From contig CAWIGG010000005.1 of assembly GCA_963835575.1 (NCBI GenBank), positions 192,001 to 256,000 of the forward strand: a stretch of DNA of 64,000 bases, in the 5' to 3' direction. Of the stretch, positions 1-11,025 are shown piece by piece (position 1 is the stretch's first letter; every line of letters begins with the position of its first letter). This DNA is from an uncultured Spirochaetota bacterium (GTDB taxonomy: Bacteria > Spirochaetota > Brevinematia > Brevinematales > JAOACQ01). Under the pieces are notes generated by a model. That model saw nothing but the letters and a program-made list of their open reading frames with translations. It had not been told where the DNA came from and searched no databases. The translations under genes were made by a program, and so were the position numbers.

Positions 1-1147
1 TGACGATCAGGCTGACTATGACGGCCCTGAAAATGGCGCCGGTATCCCAGCCTGCCTTGACAACGCCCATGACCTTGTATCCTAAGTCCAAATTGGACGA
101 ACCTATTAAGGCAGTTATATCCATTCCGTAAACCGCAAAATAAAGATTGAGCAGAATGCCAGCGGCCAGCCCAATGAGGTTCCCCAGGACCCCGATCAAA
201 AGGCCTTCGAAGACGAATACGGTCTTTATTTCGCCGTCGGTCATTCCCAGCGCCTTCATGGTCCCGATTTCTCTTTTCTTCTCGAATACCGACATCAGCA
301 TTGTGTTGATGATGCCGATAACCGCTATGATGGCTATGAAAAACAGGAGAAACCCGATGGCCTTCGCTTTTGCCTGGCCGATAGCCAGGAAATCCTGGCC
401 GAGCCTCTCCCAGTCATATACTTTCATGCCCGGGAAGCTTTTGACAAGATCGGGCTCATATTTTTTGAATTCCCTGTAATCCTCCGTTTTCAATACCAGT
501 TCCGTGACCCTGTCGGTGTTGAGAATACGCTGGGCGTCGGTTATATTTATATATATGCTGGAATTATTGACCTGAGGGTCAGGCGAATTTATGATGCCGG
601 CGACATTGAGCTCAACAGAGTCGTACGTGCCCTGCGCGTTCCGGAAGGTAACGAATACCTGGTCCCCTATCGTTACATTCATGTCTTTCGCCAGGTTCTG
701 TCCCAGGACCGCCCCATCCTTTTCAAGCCCGCCTTTAATTATGAAGTTTGTAGTTGTGAATACGGAATCCTCCCGTTCGGGATTTATCGCAATAACGATG
801 ATGGGGGAAGTTGACTTGCCGTTATCAAGGTCGGCGGTAAAACTCAGGCGTTCAGTGTAGCTTTTTACATAAGGTTTCGTTTTCAATATATTTTCAGCCG
901 CCATGTAGTTTTTTATAAAATTGCTGATTTCAAGGGGACTGTCTTCGTCAAAAACACCGCTCCTGATCTTGAAATCCCCCGTCTCGAACTGGATCTGGTT
1001 CTCAAACGATTTATCATCGAACCCCTTTAAAAGGCCGGCCATGACGATGAAGATCATAATGCCGAACAACAGGACCAGGGCTGTCAGCGCCGTTCTTCTT
1101 TTATATCGTATAACGTTTTTAAACGCGATCGAAAAAAGATACTTCAT
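1..1147 (-). CDS. ABC transporter permease (FtsX/LolE-like), 3' end runs off the window
   Basis: Read manually on the minus strand: MKYLFSIAFKNVIRYKRRTALTAL... and later GIINTMLMSVFEKKREIGTMKALGM, the FtsX-permease signature; directly follows the ABC ATPase. Confidence 0.9.
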   Translation of the reverse strand, partial: MKYLFSIAFKNVIRYKRRTALTALVLLFGIMIFIVMAGLLKGFDDKSFENQIQFETGDFKIRSGVFDEDSPLEISNFIKNYMAAENILKTKPYVKSYTERLSFTADLDNGKSTSPIIVIAINPEREDSVFTTTNFIIKGGLEKDGAVLGQNLAKDMNVTIGDQVFVTFRNAQGTYDSVELNVAGIINSPDPQVNNSSIYINITDAQRILNTDRVTELVLKTEDYREFKKYEPDLVKSFPGMKVYDWERLGQDFLAIGQAKAKAIGFLLFFIAIIAVIGIINTMLMSVFEKKREIGTMKALGMTDGEIKTVFVFEGLLIGVLGNLIGLAAGILLNLYFAVYGMDITALIGSSNLDLGYKVMGVVKAGWDTGAIFRAVIVSLIV

Positions 1148-1160
1148 GGAAGACCTCCTT

Positions 1161-1868
1161 CTATTCGCCTTTACCCTTCACATCGCTTTCAATATGCCCG
1201 TCGCGGATATTGATCAGGCGCCTGGCATGCTTCATGATCATCTGATCATGCGTGGAAAAGACAAAGGTGACGGCTTCCTTGCCGTTCATCTCCTGCATCA
1301 GATGAACAATGGCTTCCCCGTTGACCGTGTCCAGGTTCGCCGTCGGCTCGTCCGCCAGGATCATCTTGGGTTTTTTCACGAGCGCCCGCGCGATCGAGAC
1401 CCGCTGCTGCTGTCCGCCGGAAAGCTCAAGAGGCTTCCGGTTATCGAGGCCTGTCAGGCCGACTTCGTCCAGGACTTCCATCACTCTTTTTTTTATTTCG
1501 GCATCGCTGTATTTTTTCAAAAGCTTCAGCGGCAGTTCGATATTCTCATAGGCCGTCAGGACCGGAATAAGGTTATAAGTCTGAAAAATGAACCCGAAAT
1601 ATTCCCTCCGGAGATGCGCCAGCTCATCGGAAGTTTTGCCCATCAGGCTCACATTATCCAGGAGCACCTCACCTCCGTCGGCCCTATCGATGCAGCCGAT
1701 GATATTCAGCAGCGTAGTCTTGCCGGAGCCGGACGGCCCGCAGATAGCGGTGAACTCGCCCTTGCCGATCTCCACATTTATATCGTGTAAAGCTTGAAAA
1801 TCGACCTTGCCGGTATGGTAGACCTTGTTCAGTTTTTTAACCTCTAAAAGCATAAATGACCTCCTCAT
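1161..1868 (-). CDS. ABC transporter ATP-binding protein (LolD/MacB-like)
   Basis: Walker A GPSGSGKT, signature [20 protein letters not shown]. Confidence 0.95.
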   Translation of the reverse strand: MRRSFMLLEVKKLNKVYHTGKVDFQALHDINVEIGKGEFTAICGPSGSGKTTLLNIIGCIDRADGGEVLLDNVSLMGKTSDELAHLRREYFGFIFQTYNLIPVLTAYENIELPLKLLKKYSDAEIKKRVMEVLDEVGLTGLDNRKPLELSGGQQQRVSIARALVKKPKMILADEPTANLDTVNGEAIVHLMQEMNGKEAVTFVFSTHDQMIMKHARRLINIRDGHIESDVKGKGE

Positions 1869-1927
1869 TTAACTTTATTGTTTCATGCAAAGACTTGGCA
1901 GTCTTTGCGTATTCACATGCATTTTAT

Positions 1928-3035
1928 TTACAATTTCGCTTCCAGCCTTAAATCGACTGCGTATTCCCCAAGAGTGTCGCGCGAAAACTCCTGGCTCTCC
2001 TTTCCCGTAATAAACATAAAAAGAAAAGTCAAATCCAAACCGTCAGACAGCGTATATGTAACAGACGGCATAATAAGACTGCTCAGATCAATCAGATTCC
2101 AGAAGATGTTCAGCTGGAAATTGAGAAATTCATCATATGTATACATGATATTTCCGTACAGATAATGTTTGGCTGAAAAATAAACATCCTCCTGATTCAT
2201 GGACTTGTAATCATTGGTTTTTTCCGCGCCTCTTTCATCATAATAATAAGTCAGCGCCGTTATCAATTTTCCGTCCAGAAAGTTATAGTCTATTCCGATG
2301 CTCGCTTCATTAAAACGATTTGTGAAATAATCATCAAAGTGATAGGCATAGGACACATTGACGCCGACTTCCATATCCCCTTTGAGATAGAAGCCGATAA
2401 CATTCGTGTTTAATCCTTTGCGGTTATAAACAATGCCTTCGTCAAAGTGCATCCAGTTTCCGAAAAGGCTTCCGCCGACGGCGCTATTAGTCAAACCTCC
2501 CTGAGGAGCGGTATAAATTTTTAATCCCGACAGGTCATTGATACTAGCCTCATAGAGTACGGCAAGCATTCCTTCCTTGTCATATGACAGATCGTTAAAA
2601 TTGATCGACTTTGACATCTCAAAAGGATTAAAAATCCCGAAATTCCCGAAGTTCACGTATGTCTTGCCGACTGTCCAGATCCCGATATGCGAAATCATAT
2701 CGTATAAATGCCCTGAGAAGATCCAGCCCGTAGTTCAGCGGTATATTTGAGGGAATTCCCGCATTTGTCCCGGGAGACCCCGCGCCAGCATTGGCAAGAC
2801 CGGCCGCTATATCACCATAATAAGCGTATATCCTCAAATCCGCGTAAAACCGCCAATCATCCGTTTTCCGGGAAAAGACAAGCTTATTCTCCAGGATATC
2901 GGAAAAGGAATACGCATTGGTTGTTTTTAATACAATCGCGTCATTCCTGATCCCGCCTGAAAGATCAATTGTCCCATATAAACCCGGCGCGGCAGCGGCA
3001 AACACCAGGATCATGATTAATATTTTCAGCTTCAT
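1928..3035 (-). pseudogene. Exported/outer-membrane protein split by a 1-nt frameshift near 2692
   Basis: ORF 2628-3035 has a signal peptide; ORF 1928-2698 looks beta-barrel-like; removing one T from TAT GAT TTC GCA gives continuous RYDSHIGIWTVGK. Confidence 0.7.
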
Positions 3036-3061
3036 ATTAAACTCCTGTTTTTAAATATCCC

Positions 3062-3796
3062 TTATTTTTTCAAATTCTGCCTGGTAAATACGCCCTTTGA
3101 AATCGGTATGTCAAACTCAAGGTTGGACAATTCCACAGTTGTGACTGAATTTTCCCTTTTCATATCCCTGATGGTCATTTTTGTCGGATAGTACCGCCCC
3201 TTGAAAGTCTGTATCTCACTCTGGGCGAATTTCTTTAACAGCCTTCCGCTTTTCGCGTAAAGGTCCCTTTCAACCGCCACCATTCTTTCCTCATCCACCA
3301 GTATTCTTTCCTTAAAATAAGTCACATCTTCAACTTTGGCGATCAATTCAATATCATAGCACTTGATCCCGTCCACATTTGTTTCCGCTATGATTGTGGA
3401 TTTATATTTAGACTGGTAATCCTCGTCCCGCATCATATCCTCATAAGAAATATCGCTTCCCATCATTCCCTGCCGGAGCATATGCCCCGATATTTTCATA
3501 ACATCATCCGCGTCGGGCAGATAAATCCACAGCTCATTATCCAGTTTTAGATACTTAACACCCTTATCCTCAGGGTTTGTAAATTCCACAAAAAATTTAT
3601 TTCCCGCTTTCATCCCATACATGATCATTTTCTTTGTCATTTTTTTCCCGTCCCTGTCGATGGTCATCATGGCCGTTGTTTTCTGCGTATCAAACACCTG
3701 ATTTTTATCCACCATTTTAATAATCTCATCCGCCGTCAGTGAAAAAGCTAATACAGGCAGTAAAAAAGCCAGTAAAAGCAACCCTATTTTCCTCAT
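3062..3796 (-). CDS. Outer membrane lipoprotein-sorting protein (LolA-like)
   Basis: Signal peptide, WIYLP and MMGSDISYEDM motifs, context of ABC permease/ATPase. Confidence 0.85.
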   Translation of the reverse strand: MRKIGLLLLAFLLPVLAFSLTADEIIKMVDKNQVFDTQKTTAMMTIDRDGKKMTKKMIMYGMKAGNKFFVEFTNPEDKGVKYLKLDNELWIYLPDADDVMKISGHMLRQGMMGSDISYEDMMRDEDYQSKYKSTIIAETNVDGIKCYDIELIAKVEDVTYFKERILVDEERMVAVERDLYAKSGRLLKKFAQSEIQTFKGRYYPTKMTIRDMKRENSVTTVELSNLEFDIPISKGVFTRQNLKK

Positions 3797-3805
3797 ATAT
3801 GCCTC

Positions 3806-4126
3806 CTATTTTTTCAAAGATTTGATGATCTGTTCCATATCATTTAAATATTCCTCAAGCGCCTTGATCCCTTCCTCGTTTTCAGAAACCGTTGTCAGCG
3901 GTTTATTGTTCTCAAACTTTTTCCTGATGGAAATATAACCCGCTTCCTCCAGATTTTTCAGCTGGATCGAGAGGTTCCCGGAAGTAAACCCGAGAGATTC
4001 CTTTAAATCTGAAAAACTCATCGTTTTTAATGGATGGCTTGCCAGTTTTGTCAGGATCATAAGCCTGGATCGTTCATGAATGATCTTATTATAATCAAAG
4101 ACTTTATTCCCTTCACTCAAGGCCAC
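3806..4126 (-). CDS. Winged-helix transcriptional regulator (HTH_34/ArsR-like)
   Basis: IHERSRLMIL...FSDLKESLGFTSGNLSIQLKNLEEAGYI. Confidence 0.9.
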   Translation of the reverse strand: MALSEGNKVFDYNKIIHERSRLMILTKLASHPLKTMSFSDLKESLGFTSGNLSIQLKNLEEAGYISIRKKFENNKPLTTVSENEEGIKALEEYLNDMEQIIKSLKK

Positions 4127-4129
4127 AAA

Positions 4130-4813
4130 TCACTCCTTTCTGTTTTTTTTTAAAAGAAGTTTGATCTCTACAACCGCCCCGAGAGTAAAAAAGGCCAATC
4201 CAACCGTGCCGCTTGTCCATATCCATACGCTCACCGGGTCTCTACCGAGAAACAAAACCGATAAAACGCCTGGAATAATAGATAATAGACCGCTGAGCGA
4301 GAGTTCAAACAAAGCAAACTGGTTTCCTATAATAACAAATAAAATCCCGACGCCGATCGTTACTACTGGAAAAATAAAATGAGCCTGTCCGCCCAGGATA
4401 AAATAGACAGAAAAACAAATCATGAGCGCGCCTATGACCATATAAGTCATGAGCAGCGGGCGGCCGATCAACTTTATGACCATGTTCACTATCGACGCAT
4501 CCGGGTAGAGCTTTTTTAGAAACCCGAGACTACTCGATTTTATCAGCCCTGAAATGATAAAAAGCGCCGCCGCAGTACCGATTAGTATAATCCTGATTTC
4601 AGACGGCATTTTATCAAAAGAGCCGTACATCCGGCTGAAATAATAAATAAGGAATGATAATAGAAGTATACCGATTCCTCCAAACCAGAATAGTATCCTG
4701 TATGGCCGGGTATATATAACCTGCCTGAGTTTATCGCCATTCTGCTCTATGGCGGAACGGATATATTTAATATCCTTAAGTATTACATTAAAATTCTCAG
4801 GGATTGGTTTCAT
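4130..4813 (-). CDS. Integral membrane protein, typical partner of HTH_34 regulators
   Basis: About 6 hydrophobic segments; SD GGAGG upstream. Confidence 0.75.
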   Translation of the reverse strand: MKPIPENFNVILKDIKYIRSAIEQNGDKLRQVIYTRPYRILFWFGGIGILLLSFLIYYFSRMYGSFDKMPSEIRIILIGTAAALFIISGLIKSSSLGFLKKLYPDASIVNMVIKLIGRPLLMTYMVIGALMICFSVYFILGGQAHFIFPVVTIGVGILFVIIGNQFALFELSLSGLLSIIPGVLSVLFLGRDPVSVWIWTSGTVGLAFFTLGAVVEIKLLLKKNRKE

Positions 4814-4828
4814 ACTTCCTCCTAATTT

Positions 4829-4859
4829 ATAAACAAGTTTATAATATAAACTTGTTTAT
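4829..4859. promoter_or_regulatory. Perfect 15-1-15 inverted repeat, candidate operator of the HTH_34 regulator
   Basis: ATAAACAAGTTTATA-A-TATAAACTTGTTTAT just upstream of the operon's first gene. Confidence 0.6.
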
Positions 4860-4975
4860 TATACCAAGTTTTTTTATCCTTGTCAATACTTATTTTAATA
4901 ATTTTAATTTAAATATAATAAAACTCATTATTATGCCTTTTTAATTTTATATATAGATTTACAATACCCATCATA

Positions 4976-5022
4976 TGACCAACCGGTCATATATGAATCA
5001 AAAAATAATGACCAGATGGTCA
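4976..5022. promoter_or_regulatory. Two TetR-type operators TGACC-N4-GGTCA
   Basis: TGACCAACCGGTCA (4976-4989) and TGACCAGATGGTCA (5009-5022). Confidence 0.7.
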
Positions 5023-5046
5023 TTTCATAAAATTATAAATAAATTT

Positions 5047-5469
5047 TTACTGCCTGTCAAGACCTTTTAAAAATTTTTTTCCAACTTTAAAAATATCCGA
5101 AAGCCTCTTCAATGCCTCCTTCTCTTCTTCAAGAACCGTTCCGTCGGCTTTTACCAGATTTACGGCAAAGCCGATTAATCCGTTTTTCTGATCTTTAGAC
5201 GACTTTTCATTATAATAAGAAACGGCTCTTTCATATCTTTTTTTCAGCTCTTCTTCTTTGAGGGAAGAAAGCAGGCCTATTTCCAGTGAAAGGCTGGTAA
5301 AATCCGGTTGATAAGAAAAAATTCTCTTTTCAGTTTTCTTTCGCACATCCGTCTCGGCTTGAAGCAAATACTTAACGATTTCCTGAATTTCACTGCTTTC
5401 TATCACTCCATCTAACGTCATGAGGTAATACAAAATATCAAGGCCTGCATCCACCAGATTCATACGCAT
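5047..5469 (-). CDS. TerB-like (tellurite resistance/DjlA N-terminal) protein
   Basis: LDGVIESSE and ADGTVLEEE metal-binding motifs of the TerB family. Confidence 0.75.
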   Translation of the reverse strand: MRMNLVDAGLDILYYLMTLDGVIESSEIQEIVKYLLQAETDVRKKTEKRIFSYQPDFTSLSLEIGLLSSLKEEELKKRYERAVSYYNEKSSKDQKNGLIGFAVNLVKADGTVLEEEKEALKRLSDIFKVGKKFLKGLDRQ

Positions 5470-5478
5470 TTCCTTTAA

Positions 5479-6099
5479 TTATTTATATATCCCTTCTGAA
5501 AGAACTTTTAAAGCCTGATCCAGTTTTTCCAGATATTTTTGCTTAAACTTTTCATCATCCGTCTGAATATCATATTCCACCAGCATATCCGTCCTGATGC
5601 CGTTTAAAAGCCACTTTATGATTTCTATTGTTGTTTCCAATCCCCATTTGAGATTTTGAGTATCAATACCGCGGCTGAGGATATGAATAAACGATTCTAT
5701 ATCCCTTGAAAAAATCAAAACCAGTTTTTCCTGGAAAAGAAGGTTTTTTTGTCCCAACAGACTGAAAAAAAGCTTAAAAAGCTTCGGCTGCTTTGAATAA
5801 ATATCAATAGATGTTTCGCCGAATTTTTTTACCCTTTCCAGGACATCCGGTGATAAATCCCTCATCTGCATCTGCAGCTGTTTGAGGATCCCCCCGATGG
5901 CGACTTCCATAACATAAATATAAAGATTTTCTTTTGTTTTGAAATATTGAAAAAGGCTACCTTTTGATATGCCGATTTTTCTAACCATTCTGTTTGTTGA
6001 TGCATTTTCAAAACCGTACTCTGCAAATTCATCGATACATGCATCAATAATAATCTTCTGCTTTTCATCAGGAAGGTTTTTAAAGGCATCCAATTTCAA
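5479..6099 (-). CDS. TetR/AcrR family regulator
   Basis: EFAEYGFENASTNRMVRKIGISKGSLFQYFKTKENLY HTH. Confidence 0.93.
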   Translation of the reverse strand: MKLDAFKNLPDEKQKIIIDACIDEFAEYGFENASTNRMVRKIGISKGSLFQYFKTKENLYIYVMEVAIGGILKQLQMQMRDLSPDVLERVKKFGETSIDIYSKQPKLFKLFFSLLGQKNLLFQEKLVLIFSRDIESFIHILSRGIDTQNLKWGLETTIEIIKWLLNGIRTDMLVEYDIQTDDEKFKQKYLEKLDQALKVLSEGIYK

Positions 6100-6124
6100 T
6101 GTTTTTACCCCAATAGATTAAAAT

Positions 6125-6138
6125 TGACCAACTGGTCA
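6125..6138. promoter_or_regulatory. TetR operator upstream of tetR (autoregulation)
   Basis: TGACCAACTGGTCA, same motif as at 4976 and 5009. Confidence 0.7.
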
Positions 6139-6234
6139 TTATTATTGTATAAAAAAAAGCGTCTTTTGTCAATAAAATATTTCATAAAATGAGCGATTTG
6201 TTTTTTATTTATATATAACATATATAAATGCAAC

Positions 6235-6297
6235 TTTCCACCCCGCGCCGGTTCCTGAGTAGCCCGACAGGGCGTATCGAAGGACGCGGGGTGGAAA
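6235..6297. repeat. REP-like hairpin / possible terminator containing a dispersed repeat core
   Basis: TTTCCACCCCGCG...CGCGGGGTGGAAA encloses CCTGAGTAGCCCGACAGGGCGTATCGAAGG, also at 45907-45935 and inverted at 48485-48513. Confidence 0.75.
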
Positions 6298-6341
6298 ACT
6301 GCCTATTTTATAAAAGAATCGCTCAATTTAGATAATATCTT

Positions 6342-7100
6342 TTACTGCTGAGGCATAATAAATGGAATGACAGTATTGCTGGATGTTGTGTTCTTCCCGG
6401 CCGTATCAGAATAAAAATATATCTTGCCTTTCGCAAAACGGACCCATTCTGAATTTGGATAATCTTTTATCAGCTGTTTGTAATAACCCAGCGCATGCTC
6501 GGTATCCGACATCTGCTCGCGGCAGCGGGCCAGGCCGACAAGGGCAAGCGGGGCAAAACCTTCATTTGTATATTTCTGTACAATAATAGTATAATCCTCA
6601 AAGGCTTTATCATATTTATTTCCCTGTTCTGAACACTGCGCTCTTCCCAGTAATGCCAGAACCTTATAAAAATCCGAACCGGCTGCCAGGTAAGCGCTGT
6701 TGTAATAATTCTGGGCTTTCTGGATAGAATCCGCTTTTCCTGTCTGAAAAAAATCATTATAAAATATCCTTCCAAGTAAAAGACGCGCCCTGATGGAAGC
6801 CACTGTTTTAGGATAAAGCTGAACGAGGCTTTCCAGGCTCTGGACCTGTTGATTATATATATTAAGCCGCTCTGTCTCATTTGTCGTAAAAGCAGGATTA
6901 TTGATATAACTGAGATAGTTCTGAGCCATATCATATTGCTTATTTGCTTTTTCATTATTCGACGAACTGATATAATTCGATACAGTAATAATAACAATAA
7001 TCAGCACAACCGCTCCGAATATTACGCTGAGCGCCATTCTGTATTTAAAAACCAGCTCTACTATCTGATCAAATTGAGTTTTTTGCTTTTGCGGATTCAT
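6342..7100 (-). CDS. Membrane-anchored TPR protein
   Basis: N-terminal TM helix, TPR-like helices (ALLGRAQCSEQ, ALVGLARCREQ, LIKDYPNS). Confidence 0.85.
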   Translation of the reverse strand: MNPQKQKTQFDQIVELVFKYRMALSVIFGAVVLIIVIITVSNYISSSNNEKANKQYDMAQNYLSYINNPAFTTNETERLNIYNQQVQSLESLVQLYPKTVASIRARLLLGRIFYNDFFQTGKADSIQKAQNYYNSAYLAAGSDFYKVLALLGRAQCSEQGNKYDKAFEDYTIIVQKYTNEGFAPLALVGLARCREQMSDTEHALGYYKQLIKDYPNSEWVRFAKGKIYFYSDTAGKNTTSSNTVIPFIMPQQ

Positions 7101-8802
7101 CAGTATTCTCCAATTTTATATTTGCAAACTGTTCCTTTAGTAAAGACCCGATACTCAGAGTATTCGCCTGGGATTTATCGCCTGCTATATACTTTGAAAA
7201 TTCAAATTTTTCCTCATTATAGAGATAATCCTTAATACTGAGCTCAATTTTATTCTTATTAACATCCACATACCTGACCAGCGCCTTGACTTCTTCCCCA
7301 ACCTTTAAAACATCCTGGACTTTTTCAACCTTGTCTTTTGATATCTGGGAGATATGGACAAAACCCTCCAGGTTATTTTCCAGTGATAAAACCGCGCCGG
7401 TTTCCTGGATCTGCTTTACAACCGCCGTAACAACAGATCCTTTCGGGTAGTTCATTGAATAAGACTTATAAGGATTATCAGAAAGCTGTTTATAGCCCAG
7501 CCTGAGCTTTTCATTTTCCTTATCCAGCGAAAGAACTATTACCCGGACTTTCTCTCCTTTCCTGAATTTCTTTTTTGGGTCCACACCGCTGTCAAGCCAG
7601 TCAACATCTTCACGGCGCATAAGGCCTTCAATGCCATCGTCGAATTTTACAAATAAGCCGAAATCCAGAATCGAAGAAACGACTCCTTCAACTTTGCGCC
7701 CGTAGCTGTAGTTTAATTCGGCCTTTTCCCATGGATTTTCCTGAATATCCCTCAGGGACACATCCATGCGCCTTTTTTCCGGCTCGAAATTTCTGATCTT
7801 GACTTCCACAATTGTTCCATGGCTCAAGAATTTCTTGGCATCATGGATTCTTTCTGTCCAGGACATTTCCGCGACGGACAAAAAGGCCTCCACTCCATCT
7901 TCAATCTCTATAATAGCGCCGTCTTTTCTATAGCTGACGACTTTGCCTTTAACAACATCACCCGGCGAATATTTTTTCGGCACTGAAAGCCAGGGGTCCT
8001 GTGTCAGCTGTTTTCTCCCGACCTTAATGGAATTTCTCGCCTTTTCCATCCTGGTTATTATGACATCCATCTCATCGCCAAGCTTGACAACTTTACGCAT
8101 ATCATCAAGATACTTCCATGAAAAATCGGAAACATGCATAAAAACTCGGATGCCTTCAGCGGTCAGCACAATAAAATCCTCTTCTATCCTGTCCGCCTTG
8201 CCATGAATAACATCACCGACTTTATACTTTTCAAAAAATGTGACATAAAGCTTTTTTATTGTCTTTTGAAGGAATTCCCGGCGGGAAACCGTATAACTGT
8301 TCCTTTTCGCTTCAATTACAGCAAAATCAGTAACCAAGCCTTTTAATGTTTCAAGCTTTTCATCTTTTTTCACATCAATCTGCGACAATGGAAGAAAAGC
8401 TTTGATCCCAAACCCTAATTCTACTGTAAAACCCTTCGGTACATTATCTTTATATATTGGTTCCTCAATGGTCCCGCTGACAGGCAGACCTGAATTAAGG
8501 GCATTATTCAAATCCTCAATTTTCCTGATTTTTTCCGCTTCTGTTTTTGAGCCTATATTAACGCCGTCTTTTGCTTCTTTTAAAATAACATCGGTCTCAT
8601 CGCCGATTGAGGGAAGCTGTGAAAACTCGGATAAGGGAACAACACATTCCGATTTGCCTCCCATATCCAGAAACACATCGCCGCTGTTGACAGCGACAAC
8701 TTTGCCCTTCCTGACCCGGCTCTGGTATTCTGCTGAAGCCGCAGGCGCATTATCCTGTTTCATCGCCTCAAGAAAAATATCACTCATCACATCTACACCC
8801 AT
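7069..8802 (-). CDS. rpsA: 30S ribosomal protein S1 / multi-S1-domain protein
   Basis: Six S1-like repeats (GLFVKFDDGIEGL, LEGFVHISQIS, AFLPLSQID). Confidence 0.8.
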   Translation of the reverse strand: MGVDVMSDIFLEAMKQDNAPAASAEYQSRVRKGKVVAVNSGDVFLDMGGKSECVVPLSEFSQLPSIGDETDVILKEAKDGVNIGSKTEAEKIRKIEDLNNALNSGLPVSGTIEEPIYKDNVPKGFTVELGFGIKAFLPLSQIDVKKDEKLETLKGLVTDFAVIEAKRNSYTVSRREFLQKTIKKLYVTFFEKYKVGDVIHGKADRIEEDFIVLTAEGIRVFMHVSDFSWKYLDDMRKVVKLGDEMDVIITRMEKARNSIKVGRKQLTQDPWLSVPKKYSPGDVVKGKVVSYRKDGAIIEIEDGVEAFLSVAEMSWTERIHDAKKFLSHGTIVEVKIRNFEPEKRRMDVSLRDIQENPWEKAELNYSYGRKVEGVVSSILDFGLFVKFDDGIEGLMRREDVDWLDSGVDPKKKFRKGEKVRVIVLSLDKENEKLRLGYKQLSDNPYKSYSMNYPKGSVVTAVVKQIQETGAVLSLENNLEGFVHISQISKDKVEKVQDVLKVGEEVKALVRYVDVNKNKIELSIKDYLYNEEKFEFSKYIAGDKSQANTLSIGSLLKEQFANIKLENTDESAKAKNSI

Positions 8803-8905
8803 ATGAACCTCATCAATAAAAATACAGGTATATATTTTAATTGGTTTATTCTGTTTGTCAATTTTTTAGGCAAGTTTCAATTACCTAAATAATGATCAAA
8901 CAGCT

Positions 8906-9583
8906 TTATTTCAAGCGAAGATTGTCCATTTCAAATAAATCGGGACGGGAATCATTTTTATTGGCAAATATTTTAGAAATAAATCTTACCGGAATTGAAT
9001 AGTTTTTCCCTTCTGAAGAATAATCGTTATATGAAATAATCGTGGAACTCATTATATCTTCTCCCAGCAGGTAATCCAGCCTCTGGATCTGCTTATTATC
9101 CATATTAACATATAATAAAAGGGTGTTTTCAGCATCTTTAATGCGCAGTTTTAAAATAATAAGATTATTTTCTTTTAATTGATAAGAAATATTATATTTT
9201 TTTAAAAAAGCATCGGTTTCATGTCTTGACAAAAGAATGTCAAACGCGAAAAACTGCCTCGGCAGGTCCTGATAAAGATTCCGGTAAAGGTCGTCAACAT
9301 TCTGCACTATTATAGTGATCCCTTTCTCCTTTGAATAAATAACAGCCGCAGTAACATTTTTATTTTTATCCAGATAAGAATCCCTGGGAATACTGGCAAG
9401 CTTTTTTTCTATTGATCTGCCTTTAAGGTCGGCGCTGAATGAAGGCGGCAGTTTTTCAAGAGAAGCGTTCCTGATATCTTTAAAGTATACTTCAGCCGGC
9501 ACATCCTGATTCTGCTGGGAAAAACCTAATACTGCCGGCAAAAGAAACGCAAAAAATAATATGATGGATTTTCTCTTTTCCAT
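8906..9583 (-). CDS. Exported hypothetical protein
   Basis: 225-aa ORF with signal peptide and SD AAGGAG. Confidence 0.7.
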   Translation of the reverse strand: MEKRKSIILFFAFLLPAVLGFSQQNQDVPAEVYFKDIRNASLEKLPPSFSADLKGRSIEKKLASIPRDSYLDKNKNVTAAVIYSKEKGITIIVQNVDDLYRNLYQDLPRQFFAFDILLSRHETDAFLKKYNISYQLKENNLIILKLRIKDAENTLLLYVNMDNKQIQRLDYLLGEDIMSSTIISYNDYSSEGKNYSIPVRFISKIFANKNDSRPDLFEMDNLRLK

Positions 9584-9673
9584 AAAATACTCCTTTATTC
9601 TAATATTAATTTACATAGTTATCATTTTTTTCAACATTTCATTTCGGGTTCTTATAAAAATTCAATAAGATTT

Positions 9674-10441
9674 TCATAAATAATCAAGGCGTACCGGCAC
9701 TTTATTTCTCTTAAGATGCTCTTTTACCTGATTAATTGTCATCTCCCTGAAATGAAACAGCGAAGCGGCCAGCGCGGCGCTTGCCTTGCCTATAGTAAAA
9801 GCCTCAAGAAAATGCTCTAATGTTCCGGCGCCGCCGGAAGCAATGACCGGAATGGAAACCTTCCCGCTGATAATGGACGTGATTTCATTATCATACCCGT
9901 CTTTTGTCCCGTCCCTGTCCATCGAGGTCAGTAATATTTCCCCTGCTCCCAGCCCGCAGACTTTAACCGCCCATTCTACTCCATCCAGCCCGGTATCAAT
10001 CCGGCCTCCATTTATAAAAACATGCCATTTACCTGTTTCCACTTTCTTAACATCAATCGCCACAACGATTGTCGAACTGCCGAAAACCCGGGCGGCTTCT
10101 TTTACAAAGGCGGGATTCTTAACGGCGGCCGAGTTAATGGACACTTTGTCCGCACCGGTCTGGAGCATGGTGCGGATATCCTTGATTGTCCTGATGCCGC
10201 CCCCTATTGTAAAGGGAATAAAAATTTCCCGTGCCACCCTTCTGGCGACATCAACCATTGTATCCCGGTTTTCATGGCTTGCCGTAATATCCAGGAAAAC
10301 AATTTCATCAGCCCCTTCATCATTATAATAAACCGCGTTTTCCACAGGATCGCCGGCGTCTTTTATATTGACAAAATTTACCCCTTTTACAACCCGGCCT
10401 TTGTCTATATCAAGGCAGGGTATAATCCGTTTAGCAAGCAT
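9674..10441 (-). CDS. hisF: Imidazole glycerol phosphate synthase cyclase subunit
   Basis: [39 protein letters not shown]. Confidence 0.97.
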   Translation of the reverse strand: MLAKRIIPCLDIDKGRVVKGVNFVNIKDAGDPVENAVYYNDEGADEIVFLDITASHENRDTMVDVARRVAREIFIPFTIGGGIRTIKDIRTMLQTGADKVSINSAAVKNPAFVKEAARVFGSSTIVVAIDVKKVETGKWHVFINGGRIDTGLDGVEWAVKVCGLGAGEILLTSMDRDGTKDGYDNEITSIISGKVSIPVIASGGAGTLEHFLEAFTIGKASAALAASLFHFREMTINQVKEHLKRNKVPVRLDYL

Positions 10442-10454
10442 GAAGCTTCCGTCC

Positions 10455-10973
10455 TTAAATTTTTTCTACAATAAAAAGCGCTTCTCCAGACTGGACAGGG
10501 CTTGAGTTGGTTTTTAATATTTCCACAACTTTACCCTGAATATCGGCTTTAATTTCATTCATGATCTTCATGGCTTCAACTATGCAGACAGTTGTATCCT
10601 TCGAAACCGTATCCCCGGTTTTAACATAGGGAGGCGATTGAGGCGAAGGCGCTTCATAAAAAGTACCGATAACAGGAGATTTAATCTTAAAGTACTTATT
10701 CTCATCCTCATAAGCGGCTTTTTGAGACGGTTTCTGTTCTTTTGCCGGAGCCGGCGCTTTCGGCATGATGTCGTCATGCTGTGATGGCTCTGCCGGTTCA
10801 TACAGCACCGCTGGCGCGCAGCCTGAAGGCATAACCCGGGCCTTTTTTTTTGATATCCGGAGATAAAGAGAGTCCCCTTCCTCCAATTCTAATTCCTGAA
10901 TATTTGAATCTTCCAATAGGCTTTTTACCTGTTTTAAGAATGCAATATCAAACCCGCAAACATTCTTTTCCAT
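10455..10973 (-). CDS. accB: Acetyl-CoA carboxylase biotin carboxyl carrier protein
   Basis: [10 protein letters not shown] and [10 protein letters not shown] biotinylation motif. Confidence 0.95.
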   Translation of the reverse strand: MEKNVCGFDIAFLKQVKSLLEDSNIQELELEEGDSLYLRISKKKARVMPSGCAPAVLYEPAEPSQHDDIMPKAPAPAKEQKPSQKAAYEDENKYFKIKSPVIGTFYEAPSPQSPPYVKTGDTVSKDTTVCIVEAMKIMNEIKADIQGKVVEILKTNSSPVQSGEALFIVEKI

Positions 10974-11025
10974 ACAAAATGTACCTCCGCAATTTTAAAT
11001 TTTAAATGAGGGCATGGCTGAACCA

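Noticed and set aside
921..1790. 289-aa plus-strand ORF and similar antisense ORFs over cbp, ppdK, plsX and GH27
   Set aside because: Fully overlap well-supported genes on the opposite strand and have no motifs
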